Shown one piece after another: positions 40,650 through 49,461 of a stretch of DNA of 64,000 bases. Below the pieces are notes generated by a model, which was not told the origin of the DNA, searched no databases, and saw only the letters and a list, made by a program, of their open reading frames with translations. The position numbers were made by a program, and so were the translations under genes. The DNA is from Thermoanaerobaculales bacterium (GTDB lineage Bacteria > Acidobacteriota > Thermoanaerobaculia > Thermoanaerobaculales > Sulfomarinibacteraceae). Every line of letters starts with the position of its first letter. Position 1 is the first letter of the stretch. Where the stretch lies: contig DAOPQC010000001.1 of the NCBI GenBank assembly GCA_035358815.1, forward strand, positions 22,100 through 86,099, in the 5' to 3' direction.

Positions 40650-41557
40650 GCTGGGCACGCTTCCTCATCAGTCCGCCGCCGACCACGAGCTGGATCCTCG
40701 ACGGCTCGGTGGTCGCGGCGATCCGGCGCGAGCCCAGGGGCGGCGTCCTGTGGGCCGCCGAGGCGACTCCGCCCGGGTCGTTCGAGGTCGGCCCGGTCGG
40801 CCTGCAAGCGGTCGACCGCCGCAAGCTGGTCGCGGCGCTCGGCTCGATCCACGGCCGCCTCGAGGGCGCGCGCCGTGCGGCCGTGGTGGTGCCCACCGGC
40901 TGGACGCGGAGCTACGTGCTCTCCTTCCAGGATCTGCCCCGCCGGCAGCGCGAGATCGAGCAGGTCGTGCAGTGGCGGCTGAAGAAGCTGCTGCCGGCGC
41001 CGCCGTCGGAGCTGAGGATGTCGCTCGTGAACCTGGCGCCGACCGACGGTGCCCGGCCCATGCTCGTGATGGTGGCGATGGAGCGCGCGCTGTCAGAGCT
41101 CGAGGCAGCGTTCCGGGAGGTCGGGGTCGAGCTCGGCCTGATCACCGGCCAGATCTTCGCGCTCGCCGCCGCCTCCGCACCGGGGACGCGGCTGCTGGTG
41201 CAGCAGGAGCAGGGCTTCCTGAGCCTGCACCTGTCCGAAGGCGACGACCTGCGGCTGATCAGGACCAAGCACCTCGCGTCGTCGGGCCGGGTGGGCGAGG
41301 CCGTCCGGCGGGAGCTCAACCTCACGCTGGGCTACATCCGCGAGACCCTCGGCGTGCCCGGGGAGCTCGGCATCGAGGTGTTCGCCGACAGCGCCGTGCT
41401 CGAGCGGGAGATCGAGGACTGGCGCTTGATGCAGCCCGGCGTGACGAGGCTGCCCGAGCGGCCGGCACCGCCCTTCACGGTGGCCGGTGCGGAGGGCCGC
41501 CTCGGCCAGGCGCGGATCCAGCCGCTGTGGGCGGTGATCGCGGAGGCCCACCCGTGA
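40646..41557 (+). CDS. PilM/GspL-like (actin-fold) assembly protein
   Basis: 4-nt overlap with gspE. Its position and ~300-aa size match PilM. The sequence similarity is only loosely PilM-like. Confidence 0.55.
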   Translation: MSWARFLISPPPTTSWILDGSVVAAIRREPRGGVLWAAEATPPGSFEVGPVGLQAVDRRKLVAALGSIHGRLEGARRAAVVVPTGWTRSYVLSFQDLPRRQREIEQVVQWRLKKLLPAPPSELRMSLVNLAPTDGARPMLVMVAMERALSELEAAFREVGVELGLITGQIFALAAASAPGTRLLVQQEQGFLSLHLSEGDDLRLIRTKHLASSGRVGEAVRRELNLTLGYIRETLGVPGELGIEVFADSAVLEREIEDWRLMQPGVTRLPERPAPPFTVAGAEGRLGQARIQPLWAVIAEAHP

Positions 41558-42126
41558 TGACGCCGAACCTCGCCGAGCGCCCCTTCCTCAACACCCGCCC
41601 GGTGTGGCTGGTCGCGGCGGCGGCCGGCGCGCTGGCGCTGGCGCTGATCGTCGCCAACGCCGTCTCCTTCGTGTACACCGGCAGCACCCTGGCGCCGCTC
41701 GTCGAGCGCCGCGACCAGCTGGTGGTCGAGGAGCGGGCGCTCGTCGCCAGGCTGTCGGGCCTGGTGACGGACCTGTCCAAGGTCCCCTGGAGATCGCTGG
41801 GGGCGCGGATCGACGCCACCAACGTCATCCTGCGCGAGCACAACTTCTCCTGGCTCGCGATGCTCGATGACGTGGAGCGGGTGATGCCGTACGACGTGCG
41901 GATCGTCCAGATCTCTCCCGACGTTGGTCCGGCCGAGGTCGACCTGAACCTGAGGGTGATCGCGAAGACCCGCGAGGCGATGATCGAGTTCCTGGAGAAC
42001 CTGGTCTCCGATCCGAGCTTCTCGAGGCCGACCCCACAGTCCGAGACCACGCCCGAGCAGTCGCAGTCGGGCTCGTATCAGATGTCACTCAGCGTGCGCT
42101 ACCACCCGCCGAAGGAGTCGTCGTGA
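41557..42126 (+). CDS. PilN-like bitopic inner-membrane protein
   Basis: The ATG overlaps the upstream stop (GTGATGA). N-terminal 'NLAERPF' followed by a TM segment, as in PilN/fimbrial assembly proteins. Confidence 0.65.
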   Translation: MTPNLAERPFLNTRPVWLVAAAAGALALALIVANAVSFVYTGSTLAPLVERRDQLVVEERALVARLSGLVTDLSKVPWRSLGARIDATNVILREHNFSWLAMLDDVERVMPYDVRIVQISPDVGPAEVDLNLRVIAKTREAMIEFLENLVSDPSFSRPTPQSETTPEQSQSGSYQMSLSVRYHPPKESS

Positions 42127-42878
42127 CCGTGGACCTGCGTCCGTGGCGGCGCCTGCTGCCGGTCTGGCTCCCGGCGGTCGGGCTGTGCCTGATCGCCGCC
42201 GCCGCCTACGTCTGGCAGAGCTCCGCGTCGGGAGGCCGCGCCGCTGGCGTGCGCGCCGAGATCGACGAGCTCGAGACCGAGATCGGCCGCCTGCAGGGCC
42301 TCCTCGCCCAGGTTGAGGGCGAGCGGGCGACGGTGGCGAGCGTCAACGAGACCTTCGACCTGCTGTACGGCAAGGTCTTCCGGAGCCTCGACGATCGTCT
42401 GACCAACATCCTCCGGGAGGTCGGCCTGGCGACCAGGAGCGCCGGCCTGCTGCCGGGCGCCTACAAGTACCAGGCCGAGGAGGACAAGAAGACCGGGTAC
42501 GTGAGGTTCTCGATCGTGTTCTCGGTGAACGGCCAGTACGCGCAGATGCGGCAGCTGATCGCCGCGATCCAGTCGAGCCCGGAGTTCCTGGTCGTCGAGG
42601 GGATCGCGTTTTCCGGGGATGAGCAGGCGGCCACCCAGGAGCTGATGATCGCGGTGAGGGTCGCCACCTATCTCTCCGAGGCCAGCCGGGAGACGCTCGA
42701 CCGACTGACGGGGGGCATTCGCCAGGCGGCCGCCGCCGATGCCGCGGCGACGCCTGACGGTGATGCCCAGGCGGCGCCGGGTGGCGAGCCGCCCGCGGCC
42801 GGCGGCGGTGATGCCCGGGTGACCCCAGATGGCGAAGCTCAAGTGACCGGGGAAGTCGATGCCGAATCCGAAGGATAG
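42123..42878 (+). CDS. PilO/GspM-like bitopic inner-membrane protein
   Basis: 4-nt overlap. TM segment, then a coiled coil 'EIDELETEIGRLQGLLAQVE', then a ferredoxin-like C-terminal part. Confidence 0.6.
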   Translation: MTVDLRPWRRLLPVWLPAVGLCLIAAAAYVWQSSASGGRAAGVRAEIDELETEIGRLQGLLAQVEGERATVASVNETFDLLYGKVFRSLDDRLTNILREVGLATRSAGLLPGAYKYQAEEDKKTGYVRFSIVFSVNGQYAQMRQLIAAIQSSPEFLVVEGIAFSGDEQAATQELMIAVRVATYLSEASRETLDRLTGGIRQAAAADAAATPDGDAQAAPGGEPPAAGGGDARVTPDGEAQVTGEVDAESEG

Positions 42879-43449
42879 CCGGGGCCGCGTGGCGCTGCTG
42901 GTCGGCCTGATGGTCGTCCTGGGGGCGGTGGTCGTCGTGCAGCTGCTGCGCGATCGCAGCGCGGTCAGCCGCGGCCTGTCGGACAAGCGGATCACCTACG
43001 AGGCCCACTCCCTGTCGCCGTTGGAGCCGCTCGAGCCTCGCGGCGACACCGGCAGTGCGGAGTTCCGCAGGAACCCGTTCATCTATGGGGTGCCGCCGAC
43101 CGCCACGCCGCGGCCGGTCACGCCGCTGCCGACGCGACCCCCGGTGCAGAGGACGCCACAGCCGACGCCGACGCCGCGCATGGCTCGCGGCGCTGACGGC
43201 AGGCCCAAGCCGCCGCCGCCGCCGTTCGATCGTGAGTTCCTCGGCCACTTCGGCCCCCTGAGGATGCAGGTCGCTGCGTTCCGCAGGCCGGGGCTGTCGC
43301 CGGAGCTCTCCGAGATCGAGGTCGCGAAGGTGGGCGACGTGCTCGACGGCATCTTCATCGTTCGCGAGATAGGATTGGAGTCGGTCAAGATCGGCTTCGT
43401 GGGCTATGACCCGTCGGAGGACACCCGTGTTCCGTTGTCTGAGAACTGA
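42859..43449 (+). CDS. PilP/GspC-like membrane-anchored, proline-rich periplasmic protein
   Basis: TM segment, Pro-rich linker and a small C-terminal beta domain. Its position is immediately before the secretin gene. Confidence 0.45.
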   Translation: MPNPKDSRGRVALLVGLMVVLGAVVVVQLLRDRSAVSRGLSDKRITYEAHSLSPLEPLEPRGDTGSAEFRRNPFIYGVPPTATPRPVTPLPTRPPVQRTPQPTPTPRMARGADGRPKPPPPPFDREFLGHFGPLRMQVAAFRRPGLSPELSEIEVAKVGDVLDGIFIVREIGLESVKIGFVGYDPSEDTRVPLSEN

Positions 43450-45850
43450 CGCTCCGGCGTTCCGGATCGCCGTCCTTGGCGCGCTGCTGGCCGCCGCCGT
43501 CGGCTGCTCGACCCAGCAGGCCGCGCAGGCCAGCAAGGAGGCGGTCAAACACGAGAACTGGGACGCCGCCGTCTACCACTACCTCGAGCTGGTGGCGAAG
43601 GAGCCGGAGAACCTCGAGTACCGGATCGGGCTCCGGCGCGCCCGCCAGAACGCCGCCCACGTCCACTTCCAGCGCGGCGTTGCCCTCCGCGACGCCGGTC
43701 GGGTGGTCGAGGCTCGCGACGAGGTCCAGATGGCGGTCCAGCTCGACCCGACCCACCAGTTCGCGGAGCAGGTCCTCGACGGCCTCAACAAGGAGATCGA
43801 GATCCTCTCCGGTCCCGGCGGCAAGGGCGAGCTCGAGGACCTGAAGCGCCAGGCCCGCGAGGCGAAGGTGAAGCCGCCGGTCCTCGACCCGGCGTCCAAG
43901 GAGCCGGTCACCCTGGTGTTCCCCAGCCCGAAGCCGGTCAAGGAGATCTACGACGCCATCGGCAAGGCGTACGGCTTCAACGTGATCTTCGATCCCAAGC
44001 TGAAGGACGACCGGCTCCCGGTCGAGCTGCGCGACGTCACCGCCGAGCGGGCGCTCGAGATCGTGATGCAGGCGGCCGGCCACTTCTACAAGGTGCTCGA
44101 CCCGAAGACGATCATCGTCGCCGAGGACAACCCGCAGAACCGGCGCGACTACGAGGACCTGGTCATCAAGACCTTCTTCCTGTCGAACGCCGACGTCAAG
44201 GAGGTCGACAAGCTGCTGCGCTCCTTGATCGAGGCGCGGCGGCTCTCGACCAACGAGCAGCTCAACGCGATCACGCTGCGCGACACCGCCGACAAGGTCG
44301 CGATCGCCGAGAAGCTGATCACGGTCAACGACAAGGCCAAGGCCGAGGTGCTGGTGGATGTCGAGCTGATGGAGGTCGACACCGGGGACCAGTCCGAGAT
44401 CGGGATGAGCCTCTCCACCTACAGCTTCATCCTGGCCGCCGACACGGCGCAGACCAGCCCGGACGCGCCGGAGGGCAGTTCCTTCCTGGACGACCTGTCG
44501 AACATCGCCCGCGAGAACGTGTTCATCAACGTGCCGTCGGTGACCATCAACCTCGTCAAGTCGAGCGGCAAGGCGTCGATCCTCGCCCAGCCGCAGCTGC
44601 GGATCACCGAGGGCGAGAAGGCCTCGCTGCACCTCGGCGACCGGGTGCCGATCCCGGTGACCTCTTTCAACACCTCGAACACCATCGGCGGCAACGTGGT
44701 GCCGATCACCTCCTTCCAGTACCAGGACATCGGCATCAAGATCGAGGTCGAGCCGCGGGTCCACCACAACCGTGAGGTCACGCTCAAGCTGACGGTCGAG
44801 GTCTCGCAGCTCGGCGACACCGTGCAGGTCGGTCCGGGTCAGGAGGCGGTGACGATCGGGACCCGCACCATCACCTCGGTGATCCGGCTGCGCAGCGGCG
44901 AGTCGAGCCTGCTGGCCGGCCTGATCCGCAAGGACACGACCTCCGGCTCGACCGAGATCCCGCTGCTGTCGGACATCCCGTACCTCGGCCGGCTGTTCAC
45001 CAACACCAAGAAGCAGACCAAGACCACCGATCTGGTGCTGACCCTGACCCCGCACATCATCCGCTTCCCGGCGATCGAGGAGGAGGACCTGGCGCCGGTC
45101 TGGGTGGGCACCGAGAGCCGGATCTCCTTCTTCGGCTCGAGCTCGCCGCGCGTGCAGTCCGGGACCTCGCCGCAGGGGCCGTTCGACTCGGGCGGTGAGG
45201 ACTACCAGGGCGACCAGGGCGAGAAGCCGTCCGAGGGCTCGGGGGAGGACGCGCCGGCGCCCTACGGCGTCCGCGGCCGGTCGGTCAGCCCGCGGCGGGT
45301 GACGCCGCCAACCGGTGACACCGGGGGCGTCGAGCTGGTTCCCAGGGGCGACAGCCGCGACACCTGGCCCGGGGATGACGGCGCGCCGCAGCAGCAGGCC
45401 GAGGAGACCAAGGCAGCGGCCGTGGTCGATGACAGCCGGCCACCGCTCATCATCGGCCTCGAGCCGGCGGTGGCGGCGCTGCCCAGCGGGAGCGAGATCG
45501 TGCTCCAGCTGGTGGTGAAGGGCGCGCCGGGCTCGTACCGGCTGCCGCTGGGCCTGTCGTTCGATCCGGGACGGGTGACCGTGCAGTCTTTCGAGCCGGC
45601 GCCCGGCGTCAACGTCATGGAGGGCAGCATCGAGCTCGACAACGGCTGGATGTCTCTCGACCTGGTGGTGCCGGCGGCCGACGACGGCGCTCGTGCCATC
45701 GGTGCGATCACGGTGCGGGCAGAGGCGCCCGGCCCGGTTCCCCTGGCCTTCACCTCGCCCGGCGCGACCATGTCCGACGGCACGGTGCTGCCGGTGGCGG
45801 CGAGCGACGGCGCGGTCTTCGTGTCCGCGGCCGGGGAGGGCGGGGGCTGA
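43406..45850 (+). CDS. Secretin (GspD/PilQ family) with an N-terminal lipoprotein-TPR module and a C-terminal cohesin-like extension
   Basis: 'LLAAAVGCS' lipobox. TPR-like helices occupy residues ~40-130. The canonical secretin C-domain runs 'ILAQPQLRITEGEKASLHLGDRVPIP...IPLLSDIPYLGRLF'. A ~250-aa tail follows. The start is uncertain because it overlaps the upstream gene. Confidence 0.85.
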   Translation: MTRRRTPVFRCLRTDAPAFRIAVLGALLAAAVGCSTQQAAQASKEAVKHENWDAAVYHYLELVAKEPENLEYRIGLRRARQNAAHVHFQRGVALRDAGRVVEARDEVQMAVQLDPTHQFAEQVLDGLNKEIEILSGPGGKGELEDLKRQAREAKVKPPVLDPASKEPVTLVFPSPKPVKEIYDAIGKAYGFNVIFDPKLKDDRLPVELRDVTAERALEIVMQAAGHFYKVLDPKTIIVAEDNPQNRRDYEDLVIKTFFLSNADVKEVDKLLRSLIEARRLSTNEQLNAITLRDTADKVAIAEKLITVNDKAKAEVLVDVELMEVDTGDQSEIGMSLSTYSFILAADTAQTSPDAPEGSSFLDDLSNIARENVFINVPSVTINLVKSSGKASILAQPQLRITEGEKASLHLGDRVPIPVTSFNTSNTIGGNVVPITSFQYQDIGIKIEVEPRVHHNREVTLKLTVEVSQLGDTVQVGPGQEAVTIGTRTITSVIRLRSGESSLLAGLIRKDTTSGSTEIPLLSDIPYLGRLFTNTKKQTKTTDLVLTLTPHIIRFPAIEEEDLAPVWVGTESRISFFGSSSPRVQSGTSPQGPFDSGGEDYQGDQGEKPSEGSGEDAPAPYGVRGRSVSPRRVTPPTGDTGGVELVPRGDSRDTWPGDDGAPQQQAEETKAAAVVDDSRPPLIIGLEPAVAALPSGSEIVLQLVVKGAPGSYRLPLGLSFDPGRVTVQSFEPAPGVNVMEGSIELDNGWMSLDLVVPAADDGARAIGAITVRAEAPGPVPLAFTSPGATMSDGTVLPVAASDGAVFVSAAGEGGG

Positions 45851-45851
45851 G

Positions 45852-46325
45852 ATGATCCGCCACCTGCACCGCCGCCGCAGCGAGAGGGGCTTCACGCTCG
45901 CTGAGCTGGTGATGGTCGCGGCGCTGATCGCGGTCCTCTCAACGATGGCCCTGCCGGTGGCCAAGTTCACCGTCAAGCGCCGCAAGGAGGCCGAGCTGCG
46001 GCTCGCGCTGCGGCTGATGCGCAACGCCATCGACGAGCACAAGCGCCTGTCCGACCAGGGCTTGATCCCGTTGACCCTGGGTGGCGAGGGCTACCCGGAG
46101 GACCTCGACGTGCTGGTGGAGGGCGTCGACCTGGTGGGGCAGGAGACCAAGCGCCGCTTCCTGCGCCGCATCCCGTGGGACCCGATGACCGGAGAGCAGG
46201 AGTGGGGCAAGCGGTCCTACCAGGACGACCCCGACTCTGACAGCTGGGGGAGCGAGAACCTCTACGACGTGTACTCGTTGTCGGACGGCACCGCCATCGA
46301 CGGCACGAAGTACAAGGACTGGTGA
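45852..46325 (+). CDS. GspG-like pseudopilin (prepilin-type N-terminal cleavage/methylation domain)
   Basis: ATG at 45852. The leader is 'MIRHLHRRRSERG|FTLAELVMVAALIAVL'. Confidence 0.8.
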   Translation: MIRHLHRRRSERGFTLAELVMVAALIAVLSTMALPVAKFTVKRRKEAELRLALRLMRNAIDEHKRLSDQGLIPLTLGGEGYPEDLDVLVEGVDLVGQETKRRFLRRIPWDPMTGEQEWGKRSYQDDPDSDSWGSENLYDVYSLSDGTAIDGTKYKDW

Positions 46326-46861
46326 GCATGAACATCCCGGATATCGGACTCGGGACCGCGGCCCTCCGCCGGGCGACCGCGAGCGAGCCCTGGGGCCCCG
46401 CCTCCGCCGGTCGCGGGCCGTCCGTCAGTCCGCGGCCCCCCGCCCGCGGCCGCCGGGCCGGCGGGTTCACGCTGATCGAGCTGATGGTCGTGGTCGCGAT
46501 CATCGGCATCCTCGCGGTGGTGGCGCTGCCGGCGATGCGGACGGCGCCCCTCAAGGCCCGCGAGGCGGTGCTCAAGGCCGACCTCTACCAGATCCGGTCA
46601 TGCATCGACCAGTACCTCGGCGACAAGGGCGAGTACCCGGAGTCGCTGCAGGGCCTGGTCGATGCCGGGTACCTGCGCTTCGTGCCGGTCGACCCGATCA
46701 CCCGGTCGGCCGACACCTGGGTCGAGCTCGAGGCCACGCCGACCGAGACCGAGGACCTCGAGCCGATCGAGGAGGACCTCGGCGGCACGGTGGGCATCAT
46801 CGACGTCAAGTCGGGGGCCGACGGAGTCGCCCTTGACGGCACGCTCTACTCGGACTGGTAA
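46322..46861 (+). CDS. gspG: GspG-like major pseudopilin with an unusually long predicted leader
   Basis: 'G|FTLIELMVVVAIIGILA' lies 46-48 codons after the only upstream in-frame starts (GTG 46322, ATG 46328). The C-terminal part, 'YPESLQGLVDAGYLRFVPVDPIT', is GspG-like. Confidence 0.7.
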   Translation: MSMNIPDIGLGTAALRRATASEPWGPASAGRGPSVSPRPPARGRRAGGFTLIELMVVVAIIGILAVVALPAMRTAPLKAREAVLKADLYQIRSCIDQYLGDKGEYPESLQGLVDAGYLRFVPVDPITRSADTWVELEATPTETEDLEPIEEDLGGTVGIIDVKSGADGVALDGTLYSDW

Positions 46862-46865
46862 CGGA

Positions 46866-47756
46866 ATGTCGTCGGGCGTGCGGGAACCGCGGATCGCTGA
46901 GAGCCAGCCGGGATCGGCGTCGTTCCCGCTCCCGTGCCCGTTCCCGCTCCCGGATGTGACATCGATCCGGTCGGCAGCGGCCTCGCGGTCGGGGCCCGTG
47001 GACACGGCACGGACTGGCCACCGGCGAGAAGTTGGGAACGGGGACGGGAACGGGAACGGGAACGCGGAGGGGGGCTACACCCTGGTCATCGTGGTGCTGG
47101 TGGTCGCCATCATGTCGATCATGATGGCGGTGGCGGTGCAGACCGTGGAGTTCCAGATGCGCCGCGAGCGGGAGGCCGAGCTGATCTTCCGCGGCCAGCA
47201 GTACGTCGAGGCGATCCGGCTGTACCGGATGAAGTACGGCCGCTACCCGATGCGGATGAAGGAGATCTGGGAGGCCAACCCGAGGGTCGTCCGCAAGCGG
47301 TGGAAGGACCCGATGACCGACTCCGAGAGCTGGGGCCTGATCTTCCTCGGCCAAGAGGGCCGGCGGATCGGCGCCGACAACCCGCTCGGGAACACCCCGA
47401 ACGCCACCCGGACCGTCACCTACGACGGCAGCGGCCTCGATGAAGGCGGGCGGGACGATGGGACGACGATGGGGCCGGACGGCGAGAAGATCGGGCCGAT
47501 CGTCGGCGTCCACTCCACCTCGTGCGAGGAGAGCATCAAGGTCTACGAGGGGCGGACCACCTACTGCGAGTGGCAGTTCGTGTTCCGTGAGGTGCGCGGG
47601 GTCGGCGGCGGCCGCCCCCCGTCGGGCGGCTACCATCCCGGCAAGACCCCCGTCGTGCCCGGTGGGGGCGAGGGCGGCGGGAGCGGCGGCGGCGGTGGCG
47701 GCGGTGGCGGCGGCGGGAGTCCGCCGCCGGGCTACACGCCGACCATCTACCCGTAA
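46866..47756 (+). CDS. Pseudopilin-like protein (no Glu5) with a Gly-rich C-terminal tail; the 5' leader is built from intergenic-repeat sequence
   Basis: 'GG|YTLVIVVLVVAIMSIMMAVAV' hydrophobic helix. The only in-frame starts upstream are ATG 46866 and GTGs at 46878, about 46956 and 46998. The tail reads 'GGGEGGGSGGGGGGGGGGGSPPPGY'. Confidence 0.6.
   Translation: MSSGVREPRIAESQPGSASFPLPCPFPLPDVTSIRSAAASRSGPVDTARTGHRREVGNGDGNGNGNAEGGYTLVIVVLVVAIMSIMMAVAVQTVEFQMRREREAELIFRGQQYVEAIRLYRMKYGRYPMRMKEIWEANPRVVRKRWKDPMTDSESWGLIFLGQEGRRIGADNPLGNTPNATRTVTYDGSGLDEGGRDDGTTMGPDGEKIGPIVGVHSTSCEESIKVYEGRTTYCEWQFVFREVRGVGGGRPPSGGYHPGKTPVVPGGGEGGGSGGGGGGGGGGGSPPPGYTPTIYP
46915..47066. repeat. C-rich/G-rich inverted hexamer arms lying inside the 5' region of a pseudopilin ORF
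   Basis: 'CGTTCCCGCTCCCGTGCCCGTTCCCGCTCCCGG' (46921-46952) faces 'GGGAACGGGGACGGGAACGGGAACGGGAACG' (47034-47064). Confidence 0.8.
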
Positions 47757-47785
47757 GGTCCCTCTGGTACACTCCGCGGCTGGAA

Positions 47786-49015
47786 ATGCGTAGACGAGGT
47801 CTCGATTCCCCGGCCCTCCTGGTCCACCCGACGCCCGGACGCAGCACCGTCACGGCCGGGGTCTGGCTCGCCGCCGGCTCGGCCCACGAGCCGCGGGCGC
47901 TGGCCGGGGCCACCCACATGGTGGAGCACCTGACGCTGCGCCGGTGCGGTGCCCGCGACCGCTTCGCCCTCGCCCGGCTCGTCGACCGCCTCGGCGGCGA
48001 CGTCGACGCGTGGACCAGCTCCGAGCTGATGGGCGTCACTGTGCAGACCACCGTCGACGCGATCGACGAGGGCCTCGCGCTGCTGGTGGACGCGATCCTC
48101 GAGCCCAGCTTCGACGCCGACGACTTCGATCTGGAGCGGCGGATCGCGCTGGCCGAGCTCGAGCTGCTGCAGGACGATCCGGCGGAGCGGGTCGAGGAGG
48201 ACCTGCTGCGCGCGGCGTGGGGGGACCACCCGCTGGCCCGGCCGGTGATCGGGACGGCGCGCTCGCTCGCGGCGCTGACGCCGCAGGCGCTGCGCCGCCA
48301 TCACGCCGCAATGGTGCAGCCGGGCCGCGTGCTGGCGGCGGTCACCGGCGACATTGACCGGGCGCAGCTTCAGGACCGGCTGCGGCGCCTGCCGCTGGCC
48401 GAGTCGGTGTCGCCGCCGAGCCTGCCGCCGCTGCGCTGGCGGGGCCGGGACCAGGTCGTGCGGCGGCCGGCAGCCGATCAGGCGCATTGCCGGCTCGCCT
48501 TCCCGGCAGTGGCAGCGGCCAGCCCCGACGCCACCGCGGTCGGCGTGCTCAATCGGATTCTCGGCGTCGGCGCGTCGAGCCGCCTGTTCCAGCGGCTGCG
48601 CGAGGTCGAGGGCCTCACCTACGACATCTGGTCGAGCGCGATGCTGCGCCGCGGCGGCGGCCTGCTCGAGATCGGCTGGGCGTGTGCGCCGGCGGTCCTC
48701 GACCAGGTGCGCACGCTGGTCAACGAGGAGCTGCGACGGATCGCGGTCGACCTCGTCGACGACGAGGTCGAGGTGGCGCGGGAGGGCCTGGCGCGCGGGC
48801 TCGCGATGGAGGTCGAGCTGCCGGCCGCCTACTGCGCGATGGACGTGGCCGAGCTGCTCGACCGTGGGCGCCGTTTCGACCTCGAGGTCGCCCGGGCGGA
48901 GATCGCGGCGGTCACCGCGCCGCAGGTGCAGCGGATCGCGGCCGAGCTGCTGCGGCCGGAGCGGATGGCGACGGCGCTGTGCGGCCCCGACGGGGTCTCG
49001 GCGCGGGTCGCGTGA
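47786..49015 (+). CDS. M16 (pitrilysin/insulinase) family zinc peptidase
   Basis: Inverted zinc motif HxxEH is present as '[11 protein letters not shown]'. Confidence 0.8.
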   Translation: MRRRGLDSPALLVHPTPGRSTVTAGVWLAAGSAHEPRALAGATHMVEHLTLRRCGARDRFALARLVDRLGGDVDAWTSSELMGVTVQTTVDAIDEGLALLVDAILEPSFDADDFDLERRIALAELELLQDDPAERVEEDLLRAAWGDHPLARPVIGTARSLAALTPQALRRHHAAMVQPGRVLAAVTGDIDRAQLQDRLRRLPLAESVSPPSLPPLRWRGRDQVVRRPAADQAHCRLAFPAVAAASPDATAVGVLNRILGVGASSRLFQRLREVEGLTYDIWSSAMLRRGGGLLEIGWACAPAVLDQVRTLVNEELRRIAVDLVDDEVEVAREGLARGLAMEVELPAAYCAMDVAELLDRGRRFDLEVARAEIAAVTAPQVQRIAAELLRPERMATALCGPDGVSARVA

Positions 49016-49458
49016 TGGTCGAGGTCCGGGTCCGCCGGCTCGCCCACGCCCAGGGGCTGCCCCTGCCCGACTACGCCACCGCCGGATCCGCCGGCGCCGA
49101 CCTGAGGAGCGCCGAGGCCGGAGACGTCGCGCTGGTGCCCGGCGGCCGGCTGGCGGTGGCGACCGGTCTGGTCGTCGAGATCCCACCCGGCTACGAGGCG
49201 CAGGTGAGACCCCGCTCCGGCCTCGCCCTCCACCACGGGCTGACGGTGGTCAACGCGCCGGGCACGATCGACGCCGACTACCGGGGCGAGGTCAAGGTGC
49301 TGCTCATCAACCTCGGCAGCGAGCCGGTGGTGATCCGGCGCGGCGACCGGATCGCCCAGCTCGTGGTCGCGCCGGTGACCCGCGCCGCCTTCCGCGACGC
49401 GGACGAGCTCGCCGGCAGCGACCGCGGGGCCGACGGCTTCGGCTCGACCGGGAGGTAG
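49015..49458 (+). CDS. dut: dUTP diphosphatase
   Basis: The ATG overlaps the upstream stop (GTGATG). Motifs 'GSAGADLRS' and '[26 protein letters not shown]'. Confidence 0.9.
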   Translation: MVEVRVRRLAHAQGLPLPDYATAGSAGADLRSAEAGDVALVPGGRLAVATGLVVEIPPGYEAQVRPRSGLALHHGLTVVNAPGTIDADYRGEVKVLLINLGSEPVVIRRGDRIAQLVVAPVTRAAFRDADELAGSDRGADGFGSTGR

Positions 49459-49461
49459 CGG

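Noticed and set aside
46662-46865. The upstream extension of the third pseudopilin ORF (track start 46662).
   Set aside because: It overlaps the 3' end of the preceding pseudopilin gene in another frame. The first plausible start is the ATG at 46866, just after that gene's stop.
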